A DNA stretch of 62,618 nt, the filler included, from Ionaspis alba (Eukaryota): NCBI GenBank assembly GCA_964255285.1. It is 3 parts of 3 records of this genome, joined end to end, with 100 filler letters (N's around TTAATTAATTAA, not from the genome) between each part and the next. Parts side by side here need not be neighbours in the genome. Positions count along the whole stretch, not along the records: positions 1 to 20,816 come from CAXUUL010000237.1; 2 more parts are not named here. The stretch is one strand, 5' to 3'. The position numbers and the translations under genes were made by a program. Position 1 is the stretch's first letter. Each line of letters opens with the position of its first letter. A model generated the notes under the pieces. That model did not search any database. It had not been told where the DNA came from and saw nothing but the letters and a program-made list of their open reading frames with translations. This document shows, piece by piece, positions 1 through 11,212 of the stretch.

Positions 1-896
1 CGGGATTGTTGGTGGAGGCTGGAGATATTATTACTTGACTTGCATGGCGAGTAAGGCTTGAGCAATGATGGGTAGTGCTTTCCTCCGATGGTTCGGCGTG
101 AGTTTGCAGGTGAGTAGTGAGGGGGCCGTAGGAGGAATACAAGATTGGAAAGGGATGACTGATGTGGAAGGTAGTGGCTCGGAGGTGATTTAACGGCGAC
201 GGGTTCGTCGGTAGTGCCGCAGGAGGTTGCCCTTATGCTAGCTGCTGCTCTACTCCTAAGCCGCAGGCTGCTGCAAGAGGCATGTGGCTCGAGATCAATT
301 CGTCAATTTATGGAATGCTGGCTTCCACTCGGGACTACCTCTGTAACAGAAGGCGGAACAGAAGTGCAAAATAACACAATATGCCATGGGTGTAGCTCTA
401 CAAATGCTTATGTCAGTATAGTCCGTTCGATCAATATGTGGCTTTCCACCATTTTGTGGCGCTAGCTTGAGTGACGTAGACAGCCACACGGCTAGAACTT
501 GGAATTCCTCCACCTCTCCCAGCCTCCATACCGTTGTCTAGAAATCATTGAGCTCCATCAACCGTTCATAGCGGATCAATGCTGCTTGTCGCAGCTTCAC
601 AGTAGAAGAAGATCCTTTGCGAGTGAATTGAAAAGGTCAGCAAGTCCGATTCCCCCTCATCAAGTGAACACTCGAGCCAAGCAATTGCGGTGGCTTCGAG
701 CTTCTGGGCGCGTCAGAGCACAAGAGTTCTCTCAACCTTCTGTTCATTATCGTTGTATTGTACCAAGCTGTGAGGGTCAAGAGAGCTTTGCAACACCGAC
801 AGTCCAAGTGCGCGCGTTGTGCACTCTTCTCATCCTTACTATCCACCGCACCCATCAATGGTCGCACGTGCTCACTCTGGAACTACAGCTCTCAAC

Positions 897-3244
897 ATGG
901 CGTTTCCCTCCGCAACCACCTCCTCTCTTGCGGTCCACATCACACTTCCGCCTTCCAGTCTTTTCAAATTCCCACCAGCATCACAGCCCGAAGTCCTCAC
1001 TCCGCCCATCTCCGACCATACCCTTTCGCGACCATTCAACATCTCCACGGAAACCTACAATACCCTGCTCAATGTCAACTTTCCCATTACAATCGCCCTA
1101 ATCTACGCGACAACCGTCACGGTCATAAACAGGGTCAACAAGAATCGTGGGAACAAGCCATGGGGAATCAGCAAATCACCGATCTTCTTCGCCTTCATCA
1201 TCGCCCACAATGTCTTCCTTGCCGTCTACTCTGCATGGACGTTCATCGGTATGGTAAACACGATTAGAAACTCCTGGCCGAGCTGGAACGAGGAACACGG
1301 GCTTGTGGGCTTGGTGGATGCGATGTGCAAGATCAATGGACCCCGAGGACTGGGTAGTGCGGCGACCTTCAATTCGTCGAAAAACTCTTGGGGCATCACG
1401 GATCAGGCTTACAAACTTGCGGGTGGTCTGCCGGACAATAGTGATGTTGGACGTATCTGGAATGAAGGACTTGCTTTCTACGGCTGGTTGTTCTACTTGT
1501 CGAAATTCTACGAGGTCTTTGACACCTTTATCATCCTCGCCAAAGGGAAAAAGAGTTCTGTTCTGCAGACGTACCATCATGCCGGTGCAATGATGTGCAT
1601 GTGGGCTGGTATTAGGTATATGGCGCCTCCGATCTGGATGTTTGTGTGTATCAATTCGGGGTTGCATGCGTTGATGGTGAGTTACTGATGGGTTCATGTT
1701 AAGAAGCATTCGCTACAGGCTATAAAGAAGCTGATTATGATGTAGTATACCTATTACACGCTATCAGCTCTCTCCATCCGTGTGCCTCTTGCCTTCAAAA
1801 GGACACTGACCACCCTGCAAATCACACAGCTTCTTGTTGGCTCCGCCTACGCTCTAGGCCATCTATTCATCGCATACAATGTCCCTGTTAATACGCCTTA
1901 CCTATTCACGCACAATCTATCGTCGGCCTTACCAACTCTTACATCTTCGGTTTCCTCAGCATTTGCTTCTGCCACAGCCTCGGTTGGTGCGGCGAACTGG
2001 CTGAAGAAGATTGCTTTGCGTGCCGCTGGCGAAGAAGGGCTTGCCGAAAACGTCCGCAATAGCCGAGGCGAGACTTTCGGATTGGATGCAGTGAAAGCGG
2101 CAGAGGTAGAGAAAGCGAGGGAAGAGATTCGCTATAAGATGGAATACCCCAGAGTTAACTGTATTGACACATCTGGTCAAGCATTTGCCATCTATCTGAA
2201 TGTTTTGTATCTGGCTCCTCTCACGTAAGCTCAAGAGAACCCGATCTGCTCCTTTATCGCTTCCAGCGCAAGTTATCATAAAGATTCAGCTAGTTAACAA
2301 TACTTCCCCTTCGCAGATACCTCTTCATCAACTTCTTCATTCGCGCCTACATCAAGCGCACCAGCTCCTCAACCACGCACCCCACCCACGAGCACACCAT
2401 CGAGAAATCTACCCACGACGCCATCAAAGGTCTCGAACGCGAAATCCACGAAGCCATGACCGGCGCCCAAGGCGACGACGAAGTGGAAATCCCCCCTCGG
2501 GTAAGAGAAAAGCTCGAAAAGGTTAAACACGCCACCAGCGATGTCGTCGCCAATCTTGAAAAGGAGGCTGAGAAGCTGAGCCAAAAAGCAAGGAGCAAGG
2601 CTGTCGAGATGAAGGGGAAAGCTGGAGAGGTGGCTAAGGACGCGAGACAGAAAGGTTCGGAAGCGATGGAGAAGGGGAAGCAGAAAGGTTCCGACATGAT
2701 GCAGAAGGGGAAAGAAAATGGATCAGAGGCGATGAAGAACGGGAAAGCGCAAGCAGAGGAGCTAGGTGAGAAAGGGAAGGCGAAAGTGGAAGATGCGGCG
2801 CAGGCTGCGAAGGAGAAGGGCGATGAGGCGGCACAGAAGGGCAAAGAGAACGCGAAAGACGGGAAAGCTAAGGCTGAGGATGCGGCTTTCAGTGCGAAAG
2901 ATGAAGCTCAAAAGAAAGCCGAAGACACCAAAGCGAAAGGTGAAGATGCCGCCAAGCAGGGACAAGCCAAAACCGAAGACGCGGCAAAACAGGGCAAGGC
3001 CCAAGGCGAGGACGCGGCTAAACAGAGCAAGGATAAAGCGGAGAGTGCAGGCAAGGAAGCTAAGAACGGTGCCAAAGATCAAAAAGAAAACGCCGATCCA
3101 AAAGCCGGAGAGAAAGAGGCGAATGGCAAGGACGAGAAGCCGGCGGATGAGAGAGAAGAGTCTATGTATGAGGTCAGCATTGATGAGGCGACGACGAAGG
3201 AGGAGAAGGAGGCCGAGAAGAAGATGCAGCCGAATGGATCGTGA
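897..3244 (+). CDS. GNS1/SUR4 (ELO) family fatty acid elongase with C-terminal 11-mer repeat tail; exons 897-1676, 1746-2224, 2317-3244
   Basis: ELO motifs FYLSKFYEVFDT, LQTYHH, NSGLHALM|YTYY, TTLQITQ, YLAPLT|YLFINFFIRAY. GT-AG introns 1677-1745 and 2225-2316 join the frames. Confidence 0.92.
2618..3067 (+). repeat. Degenerate 33-bp (11-aa) coding tandem repeats, LEA3/perilipin-like
   Basis: KGSEAMEKGKQ/KGSDMMQKGKE/NGSEAMKNGKA ... KGEDAAKQGQA/KTEDAAKQGKA/QGEDAAKQSKD; DNA units such as gaagatgccgccaagcaggga.../gaagacgcggcaaaacagggc.../gaggacgcggctaaacagagc... Confidence 0.85.
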
Positions 3245-4083
3245 GCTTCTTTCTTTCTGCCCTGGCATCAAGAAAATAGCTGGGAAGACGGCGGTGTGGG
3301 GAGGATGAAGGAGGGATGTACTTGTTATGGACGTGTGGATGGGTTGCTCGACAGCGATCTAATGGAAGGTTTCGTTTCTTGCTGGTGTCAGAGGTCTGGA
3401 TGGCTTTCTATTCCCTCGACAGCGAATTATTTCGAATACTGAAAGCACGCGCGTATTTGCTGGCGCAGGAAATGTTCGGAGGATAAAAATGCCGAAGTAG
3501 TTAGTGCGCAATATGGCAATGACAAATATTATTGATATGCTAGTCTTTGGATTTGGAAACAACGATCTATATGCAATGCTTGTGGTATCGTTGCGCAGAA
3601 TCGACGTGTCTAAATGTCAGAAACGCATCACAAATTCACAATAGCCCACGCATGCAATGGGCCAATGCAGAACGCCAGTGCTGTGGAAGCAGATGCCGTA
3701 ACTCCTGATATGCAAATCCAGCCCTGTTCTTCCATAGTGTGCTGCTTACTCCCGGGGTATCTCCAAAGGACAAAACGCCTCCCATGCTCCCGAATGCCTC
3801 CCGTTGATCTATACATGACCANNNNNNNNNNNNNNNNNNNNNNNNNNNNNNNNNNNNNNNNNNNNNNNNNNNNNNNNNNNNNNNNNNNNNNNNNNNNNNN
3901 NNNNNNNNNNNNNNNNNNNNNCGTCCTTTTAGCATTCAAGCAGTGACGAAGAAATCAAGGCAAAATATGCAGCAGCTGTGCAAGTATTGATAAATCGTTC
4001 CATTCGAATCCGAACGCCGGAGAAATTGTATCGTAAACCGTCCTTTTAGCATTCTAGTCACGGAAACCAAAGTCCTGTTGAGA

Positions 4084-6069
4084 CTAGTCATGCTGTAACG
4101 ACCGCGGCGGCGTCGTCCCTGTCGTCGTTTGCGTCGTCATCTCCTCCAGCTCATCAGCAACTTCATCATGTTGGTTCCTCGACTCCGGCGGAGGCGGTGG
4201 TCCATCTCCTGGGCTGTGCAATCGCGTCGTAGTATTGCTTCCCTCGTCCGGGCCTTCAGTCAACGATACCGCTTCCGAGCTTGCTGCTTCCTCGCTGTGA
4301 TCGCTGGTACTCTCAGCCGTCGGTTGCTCATCGCTGGGTTCTGGCATATGCGAAAGACTGGTCACACGCCCATGTGTCAGCTCCTCAGTGTTCACGTGGC
4401 TAAGCCTCGCTAAGTCAACATCCGGTTGACCACCAGCGTGGTCGTCGACCGCAAAGTCTGTTGAGTCGGTCCTTTCGTTTTCGTGATCAGCCTCACGGTC
4501 CGGATCGCTGCTAGCATGTTGCGGATGATCAACTGTGTCATATTCCCGTACGGCTTGCATGGCGTTGGGCCTGTTTTGGGCGACAAAGTCATGGAGGCCT
4601 TCCTCGTGGAGAGTTCGAAAGAAGTCACCAATGCGGAGTGCCGGGAGGCTTTGAGCGCGCTGCGCAAGTTGTCGAGCGCTACGGGCACCAGACGAGGAGC
4701 TGCCGGTAAGGGTCGTGCCGGAGATGTCGCTAATCCGGCTGGCTCGGTGATTTGCAGGGTTGGGGGGTTCTAGTTGGGGAATTTCAAAGGACGGGTTGTC
4801 GGCAAAGGTTACTCGTGGAGCTTCCGGATGTGGAATTAGGGAATCGCGAGATGTGGATGAATGCGGGTTCGTGCTTGACGAGCTGGGCACGATTAGACGG
4901 CCGAGGGAGTGGTCGGGAATGTGAGACTCGACGTGAGAGTCAAGGGATCGGGGCGTATGAGCTCCTCCTCGGGCTGTATAGCAGTGGCAGCCATTGCTAC
5001 AGCGACAGGTCCCACTGCGCAGTGCATGTTTCCTTTTGGTGAGTTCGCGGCGTTTGACCTCGAGCCGTTCCGCTTTTTCGGCAGTTGGGTTCCACACATC
5101 CTCGGGCATCTCATCAGGTTGAGCGGTATGGTTTGATGGTGTAGCGCTGTGGTTGTCTCCGTTGTCACCTACCTCTGACCGGACTGGCAGTACCTGGTCG
5201 TTTGGCATGGACAGTTGAGTAGTATCACCGTTGGTATTGCTACTAGGCGATACCGTGCCAAGAGCTGTTTGGTCAGGATCCGTTTGTTCTTGTATGGCCT
5301 TGGATTGCATATCAGGCCTGGTACGCCTGATCCTGCTCCGTTGTGGTACAGAATTCTCAACCATAGTTGAAGTATTTGCGATATTCTCCGGGGTTTTGAC
5401 TGGTCGACGCAGAATGCGTCGGCTCAGAAAATTCAGCATTTTCGCGATCTTGATTTTGTGACTGGATTTAGCCTTTCTTGGTAGAACGACCTCATGCTGA
5501 CCTGCATGAGCTGGAAGGTCTTGAAGGGACCCCTGAGGTGGTTCCCGAGCGCCGGCCACCTCATTATGCACATCACGTAAAGCAGAACCACTGGTGCTGC
5601 TTCCTTCCTCGGCGGAGTTTTCGTTGGGCAGAGAAAGGAGATTTTCCGATGGTTGCTGACTTGGAGCTGCTGTGGTAATTCCAGCAGAACCACCACCGAG
5701 TACTACTGTAGGAGGACCCGTAGTTGAACGAGAGCGACCACCCGGGGATGAGTCCGCTCCAATAACGTTGGTACAAAGCGTAGTACTTGGCGTTGGACCT
5801 TCTTCCCAACTAGATGAGGTGAGGCAAGAGGCCAAAGAGCTCCGACGTGAGGTCCCTCCAATTCCACAAAGTGCGCCATTACACTTGTCGCAGTCAATCC
5901 TCAAGTGATCCCCATCACCTGGAATTTGTATTTGCTTATCAGCGTGGAGATGGTGACATCTCTTGCAGCTGATGTGCAAGATAAAGGTACGCCGATGGAT
6001 GTGGTCAGCGCGGACGCTAGAATTGCCGTGATCCGCTTCAAGGTTGAAGGATTGGTCAATCGCTGTCAT
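4084..6069 (-). CDS. Hypothetical, largely disordered protein with N-terminal CxxC...CxxC zinc-ribbon-like motif and internal CRCSNGCHC; possible extra upstream exon
   Basis: 661-aa uninterrupted ORF with CKRCHH...CDKC. A GTAAGT donor at 6192 and CAG acceptor at 6102 suggest an upstream exon. Confidence 0.7.
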   Translation of the reverse strand: MTAIDQSFNLEADHGNSSVRADHIHRRTFILHISCKRCHHLHADKQIQIPGDGDHLRIDCDKCNGALCGIGGTSRRSSLASCLTSSSWEEGPTPSTTLCTNVIGADSSPGGRSRSTTGPPTVVLGGGSAGITTAAPSQQPSENLLSLPNENSAEEGSSTSGSALRDVHNEVAGAREPPQGSLQDLPAHAGQHEVVLPRKAKSSHKIKIAKMLNFLSRRILRRPVKTPENIANTSTMVENSVPQRSRIRRTRPDMQSKAIQEQTDPDQTALGTVSPSSNTNGDTTQLSMPNDQVLPVRSEVGDNGDNHSATPSNHTAQPDEMPEDVWNPTAEKAERLEVKRRELTKRKHALRSGTCRCSNGCHCYTARGGAHTPRSLDSHVESHIPDHSLGRLIVPSSSSTNPHSSTSRDSLIPHPEAPRVTFADNPSFEIPQLEPPNPANHRASRISDISGTTLTGSSSSGARSARQLAQRAQSLPALRIGDFFRTLHEEGLHDFVAQNRPNAMQAVREYDTVDHPQHASSDPDREADHENERTDSTDFAVDDHAGGQPDVDLARLSHVNTEELTHGRVTSLSHMPEPSDEQPTAESTSDHSEEAASSEAVSLTEGPDEGSNTTTRLHSPGDGPPPPPESRNQHDEVADELEEMTTQTTTGTTPPRSLQHD

Positions 6070-8633
6070 CTCAAATACCAGTAGGTGGTTTGGATGCTTT
6101 CCTGCAGAACAGTCTGTAAGACGAAACTATGATTAAAACTATCTCTCCAAAATCGTGATAGGATCTACTGCTAGGAGTATGGGTTCACTTACCAAGGCTC
6201 TTGGATAAAGCAAAAAGATACCGCAAGTTCTCGGACTGACCGATCTGTGCTGGAAAGGCATATCTTGGAGGGCAGTGTGGGAGACTATATCTCGCTAACA
6301 TGGCCTCCCATTCGGTCTCTCAGTTTGGAGATCATCTCGCAGAGGATTGTCATGCCTGCTCATCTGCTGGGCAGTGAAGTCCCCTTTCGGTCATGGAAGG
6401 GTGTGGGAGGCCTCATTCTGCCCCGCAGAGCTAGGCTAGATTGTCGTCAGGCTTTCGTAGAGGCTTAATGCTCTCATGTTACGAGCGGAGAATTTAGGGT
6501 TGACGAGAGAAGATGTGGCACCAGGTGCACAAAAGCACCCTCCATCGTGCAGACGGCTTGCAACTATGGACTGAGAGTGCGAGGATTGGGGGCCGTTGGC
6601 GCAAAATACAGCACAAGTTGTGTGGGTGGATCCATTCAGCTTTCTCGAACGTTGCAACTCACGGGCCTCACGCGCAGCAACACAGCCACACAGCCACGAC
6701 TAGATACCAAAGTAGCTAGACGGCAGGTGTCAAGCCTCCACAAAATTAATGCCTCACCCGTTGTGTGGCGCTGAATTTCTGATCTGGTGGAACAAACTTC
6801 AGAGGAGTCAATAATCTGCTGGTAATACCTTCAGGGCGTAAGAGACAGTAGTCATACATTTGGTGCTGCTGCCTATTTGCATCGCCATTCGTTAATTCAA
6901 TGAGCCATGACGAGCTGACTAGACAGTGCACACTGAGCGATTTGATAAAGCATCTGACTGTCTGTGCCTCCCAGATAGTTTATTGAGCCTAACAACATCG
7001 AAAGAGCAATCAATCATTCATTGAGCACAGCGTTTAATGGTCCAAGCACGCGTCATCCTTCCAGACACCGATTCTTTTCTTCCAATTCATGATGGGTCTC
7101 TAATCTGTTTTGTCTGTTCTTCGTTCTTGCCTGGCTGTATTATGTCGAAGTGCGCGTCGTGGGTGTGTCATACCCTAACTCCCCTCGCTCTCGAATCCCC
7201 TATTCAGCAACGATGCTCAGTCTTCCCATACACTCGAGGGCAGCGCGTGCATGCTTGGAGAAGTGATGATGCAACAATTCGTCAACATTGATTGTGATCC
7301 GTGCCGGAATCTATAGCCCATCAGTGCGTCAGAATCAGAACTTTCGGAGAATATTCTTCTACCGTTTGCCAATTGGTTCGCATCGAGCACAGACGGAGAG
7401 GTACTGAGTGCTTGTGTTGCAGATCATAGGTAGTAGGGTATACCCAGCATTTGCTACCTCCAAGCGGTTCCGGCGCTCACATGCCGTGGAACCACGAACC
7501 GAAGCATTTCCAGCAGCTTAACCGATTTGGTTTGTATTGTTCCAGTACCCACGTATACCTTATGCTTTGGTTTCTCTACATAGTGACGTACACCCAATGA
7601 CTGGTCTAGAAGGTGTTCAAATCATAGAACCCTGACTGGATAGATTTGGGTGATCGTGGATGTATAGGTTACAGTACATGGATACCTTCGCCTTAGTACC
7701 CACAGAACTGGAGGATCATCTGTGGGGACTGCATGTCGACTTGCTCTGGTCTGCTGCGCTAATAAGCATTGCTACAAGCGCTGAAGATTTATTGAGTGTC
7801 CATAGCCGGAGCACATGGAAAGAAAGCGACTATTTAAGGCTGGCAGGGTATGATGAGCCGGCGTCCACCGTCNNNNNNNNNNNNNNNNNNNNNNNNNNNN
7901 NNNNNNNNNNNNNNNNNNNNNNNNNNNNNNNNNNNNNNNNNNNNNNNNNNNNNNNNNNNNNNNNNNNNNNNNCATTCCGTAGGAGCGCTTGCTGGGATCT
8001 CGTTTCAGCCGCTCGCAATCACCCCTCAGCGATCGCCCAGGCCGTAATGTCCAACACACCTCAACCATGCCATTCGCTTGCTGAGCCTCAGTAGCAGGAT
8101 GCACAACTACATTGAATCCTGTCCAGAAAGGAATTGACTGGCTCATTCTATTCTTCCACCCTTCCACCACAGTTACAAGCATGAGAAAATTGGGAAATGG
8201 CCGCCGTGCCAGCTCCTTCAGGTGCTGCTGTCATGTTGTTCACGGCACAGTCGAGGATCCTCTCCACTATCCTATATCTCCATGTCGTGACCGTGGCAAT
8301 GTCACAAGAGCCCTTTGGTCTCTTTCTTGCTTACAACAGCTTTACCCGACCAAGCTGTAGTACTACTACCGTGCTTTCTCCACACTTTTACTCTCGTCTA
8401 CGTCTTCCTTTCTCTAGCGAATCTCTCGCTCTCGACTTGCAATTTCGCGAGAAGCGAAAGACGCACTCATCTCCTATCCCCTCTACTCTTTCTACGCACG
8501 GAGCAACCTACCCCACGAAGTCCTTCGGGAAATGTTCATCCCACTCGTGTGGCCCTCGGCCCACTATAACGCGTTCAGCGGACGAGCCAACGAACCCACC
8601 CTCCTCTCATCAACAACGACTTCTCTGCACACA

Positions 8634-9392
8634 ATGAACTCCCGGCCATCCCAGTCCTCCTCCCACCCCTGGGGTTCCTCTTCCAGCCTTCCTCCTGCAT
8701 CGCGACCCTCAGGCTCATCATCTCACCTTACACAACCGCCTCGACCCTCCGGCAGCTCCTTTCGTCCCTCACCACTGATCAACCAACTTCGACCCAGCCA
8801 GCCCTCTCATGACTCCGACGGCAATGCCACCGTCCACGCATCGACAATCCGCAGGGTGCACCTCACCCAGTTGACTATCTCAATCCTTATCGGCGTGCTC
8901 TCTCTCCTTGTCCTCGCCCTTGCAGCCGACACTATCCGTTCCACCAAGCCGGACAGCATCACCCTCGACAGTCGTACGACGACGGTACTGCTTGCGACTA
9001 GCACTATCGCTGTCTTCCTCAGCTTCGCTCACCTCCTCTTCACGCTGATTCCTCAAGGCCTGCTGCCGCGGTTTCACCGAGTGAATATCTTTTTCACTAT
9101 CAGCACTGCTATCGGCCTTTTCCTAAGCGTTTTCGCGCTTGTGTTCAATGTTGTGGTGGAGGGCGGTAGTGATGCATCGACGCTTGTTGGGTGGAGCTGT
9201 TCGCAGGACAGTCGGCGACCAGGGCATAGTCAGGCAGCGGGGAGGGTTTGTGGTGAGGGCAAGGCGGTGGTTGGATTGATGGGATTTGTCGTTTTCATGG
9301 AGTGTGTGGCTGTCGGTGGTGTGGTCGCGGGGTGGTGGGTTGCCGGGAAGGTGGGGAGGGAGGTGAGGAAGGAGGAGGTTGGTAGTGCTTAA
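8634..9392 (+). CDS. Four-TM MARVEL-like membrane protein
   Basis: Ser/Pro-rich N-terminus, then four hydrophobic segments with a W-S-C...C loop before TM4, typical of fungal MARVEL-like proteins. Confidence 0.65.
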   Translation: MNSRPSQSSSHPWGSSSSLPPASRPSGSSSHLTQPPRPSGSSFRPSPLINQLRPSQPSHDSDGNATVHASTIRRVHLTQLTISILIGVLSLLVLALAADTIRSTKPDSITLDSRTTTVLLATSTIAVFLSFAHLLFTLIPQGLLPRFHRVNIFFTISTAIGLFLSVFALVFNVVVEGGSDASTLVGWSCSQDSRRPGHSQAAGRVCGEGKAVVGLMGFVVFMECVAVGGVVAGWWVAGKVGREVRKEEVGSA

Positions 9393-9742
9393 GGCGAGAG
9401 AGATGGATGTGACTAAAGAAAGGGACGGGAATGGTGGGTACGATTGATATGAACGACAATAGGAGTATGCAAATGGATATGGATCTTGCTTTGGGTATGA
9501 TAAGTCGATATCAATGAGGATGAAGAGGAACTGTATTAGTACCCGGTTTGCATATGGCGGAGGCCNNNNNNNNNNNNNNNNNNNNNNNNNNNNNNNNNNN
9601 NNNNNNNNNNNNNNNNNNNNNNNNNNNNNNNNNNNNNNNNNNNNNNNNNNNNNNNNNNNNNNNNNCCCTTTCTGATCCCCTCCTCCCTCTTTGATGTATA
9701 CATGATCTTGTGATTTGATCTTGTGAGCTTCCTGCCACTACG

Positions 9743-10691
9743 ATGCCCGTGACTGTAAGAGAACACGATGCAGGGCGTCCGGACCACACTCGCACCCCCT
9801 TCGCCCCATCTATCGCTAACGCGGGCCTCTTCGATGACGAAGAGACCTCTTATAGGCCTTACGAGGAAGACAGCGAAGATACAGTCTCTGCCGGTCCTTC
9901 TCACAGGAGAGCTTACCGCGACGATCAAAATTCTCCCCGGAAGAAGCAGAAGCCGCCTCTAAACAGTCAGACTGATTTGCTTGCATTGACGCCGCGTAGA
10001 ACAGAACGGTTTGATTGGTCGGCCAACAGAAATGCTAATCACCTAGCTGCTAACGGAGCTGCAGAAGCCAGCATAGTGCCGGCACCCGAGGCCGGTGAAC
10101 GTTTAACTCAGGACGATGCTCACGATACACCAGATGGTCCAGCCATCGAAGAACCCTCGGCCGCTCCGAGGCTAGGCTTCGGCGCCTTCTCCCCCTCTCC
10201 CGGTGAGTATATCATGGAAGGGCATGGGTTTGAGGTGGTCCTTGAGGACTGGTTCTCTACGCTAGATCAGGCGATAGCAGCAGACGGCCAGGCGTTAGAG
10301 GAAGGCTCTGTAGATGCTCATCTTTGATCGCTTTTTGAATTCCGCCGTGAAGCATACGCCTCTCATACAGGCTATGGAGGACGAGGTAAGCTATCTCGAG
10401 AGCCGTAAGGAACAGAGTCGTACCGGAGAGCTCGAAGACCAGCTCCAACAACTCGACGCCGAGTATGCGGCAGAGCAGGCTAAACTCAAGCGGCTCGAAG
10501 ACGCTATTGTCCAACTGGATATCGAACAAGCGGATCTCGAAGCCGAGCTGCCAGATATGATAACCATACAGCTTAAAGAGGCACGGGAATTAAATGCGGC
10601 CTTCCTACGTAACGAGAATCGATGGGTCGAGGTCGAGACGGATACGGATGAAGGGCTCAAGGGAAGGGCGGAGAATTCACCGTTTCGATGA
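9743..10691 (+). CDS. Hypothetical protein (acidic region plus coiled coil) in two overlapping frames; intron or frameshift unresolved
   Basis: ORFs 9743-10327 and 10314-10691; the second has heptad-like ELEDQLQQLDAEYAAEQAKLKRLEDAIVQLD. Confidence 0.4.
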
Positions 10692-11212
10692 TGGAATTGA
10701 TCAATCTGTATCCAAGTGTGTTACGCTAGATCATCATCTACATATCTATTCCAATGTCTACATGTCTCTTGCTGTTATCATTCCATCACTTCTCTCGCTA
10801 TTGATCATCGTCCTCTGCTAACCATTTTCACCGCAAACCCTAAGCAACTTCGAGGGTATGGATGATCTCATTTTGAAGACACATTGAATCTCTTGAAGGC
10901 CCCCGCCTAGTCAGACATGCGGGCTAAAATCGAGTACCTGGAAAACAGTACCTGCGGTATCTTGAGGGCATGCATTTACAAAAATACGCTGTCCCGCGAA
11001 TATACCGTATGACTTCCAGGAGGGAGCCCGCTAGTCTACCTGGCGAACATTCGATACAGGTCATATGACTTGACACAAATGCTTCGAAACCCTTGGCCCG
11101 GTTTTATTACTGCTATCTAAGGCACGGGATTCTATAGACATGGCACAAACTTCAGTCTACCACAATGCTCCTCAAGGCGGTAGCTCCAAAATCCATTGAT
11201 GCCCAGATCCTA

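Noticed and set aside
1..300. Minus-strand frame open to the window edge
   Set aside because: No ATG and no recognisable motif.
2347..3308. Alternative-frame and antisense ORFs over the elongase tail (similar shadows over CTL, SSL1 and NHA1)
   Set aside because: Shadow ORFs of repetitive or GC-rich coding sequence.
3922..4054. 16-bp direct repeat CGTCCTTTTAGCATTC (3922-3937, 4039-4054)
   Set aside because: Only two copies, adjacent to a gap, with no TIR or element between them.
7262..7410. GTGATGA...CTGA as a box C/D snoRNA
   Set aside because: No terminal stem or identifiable guide; expected by chance.
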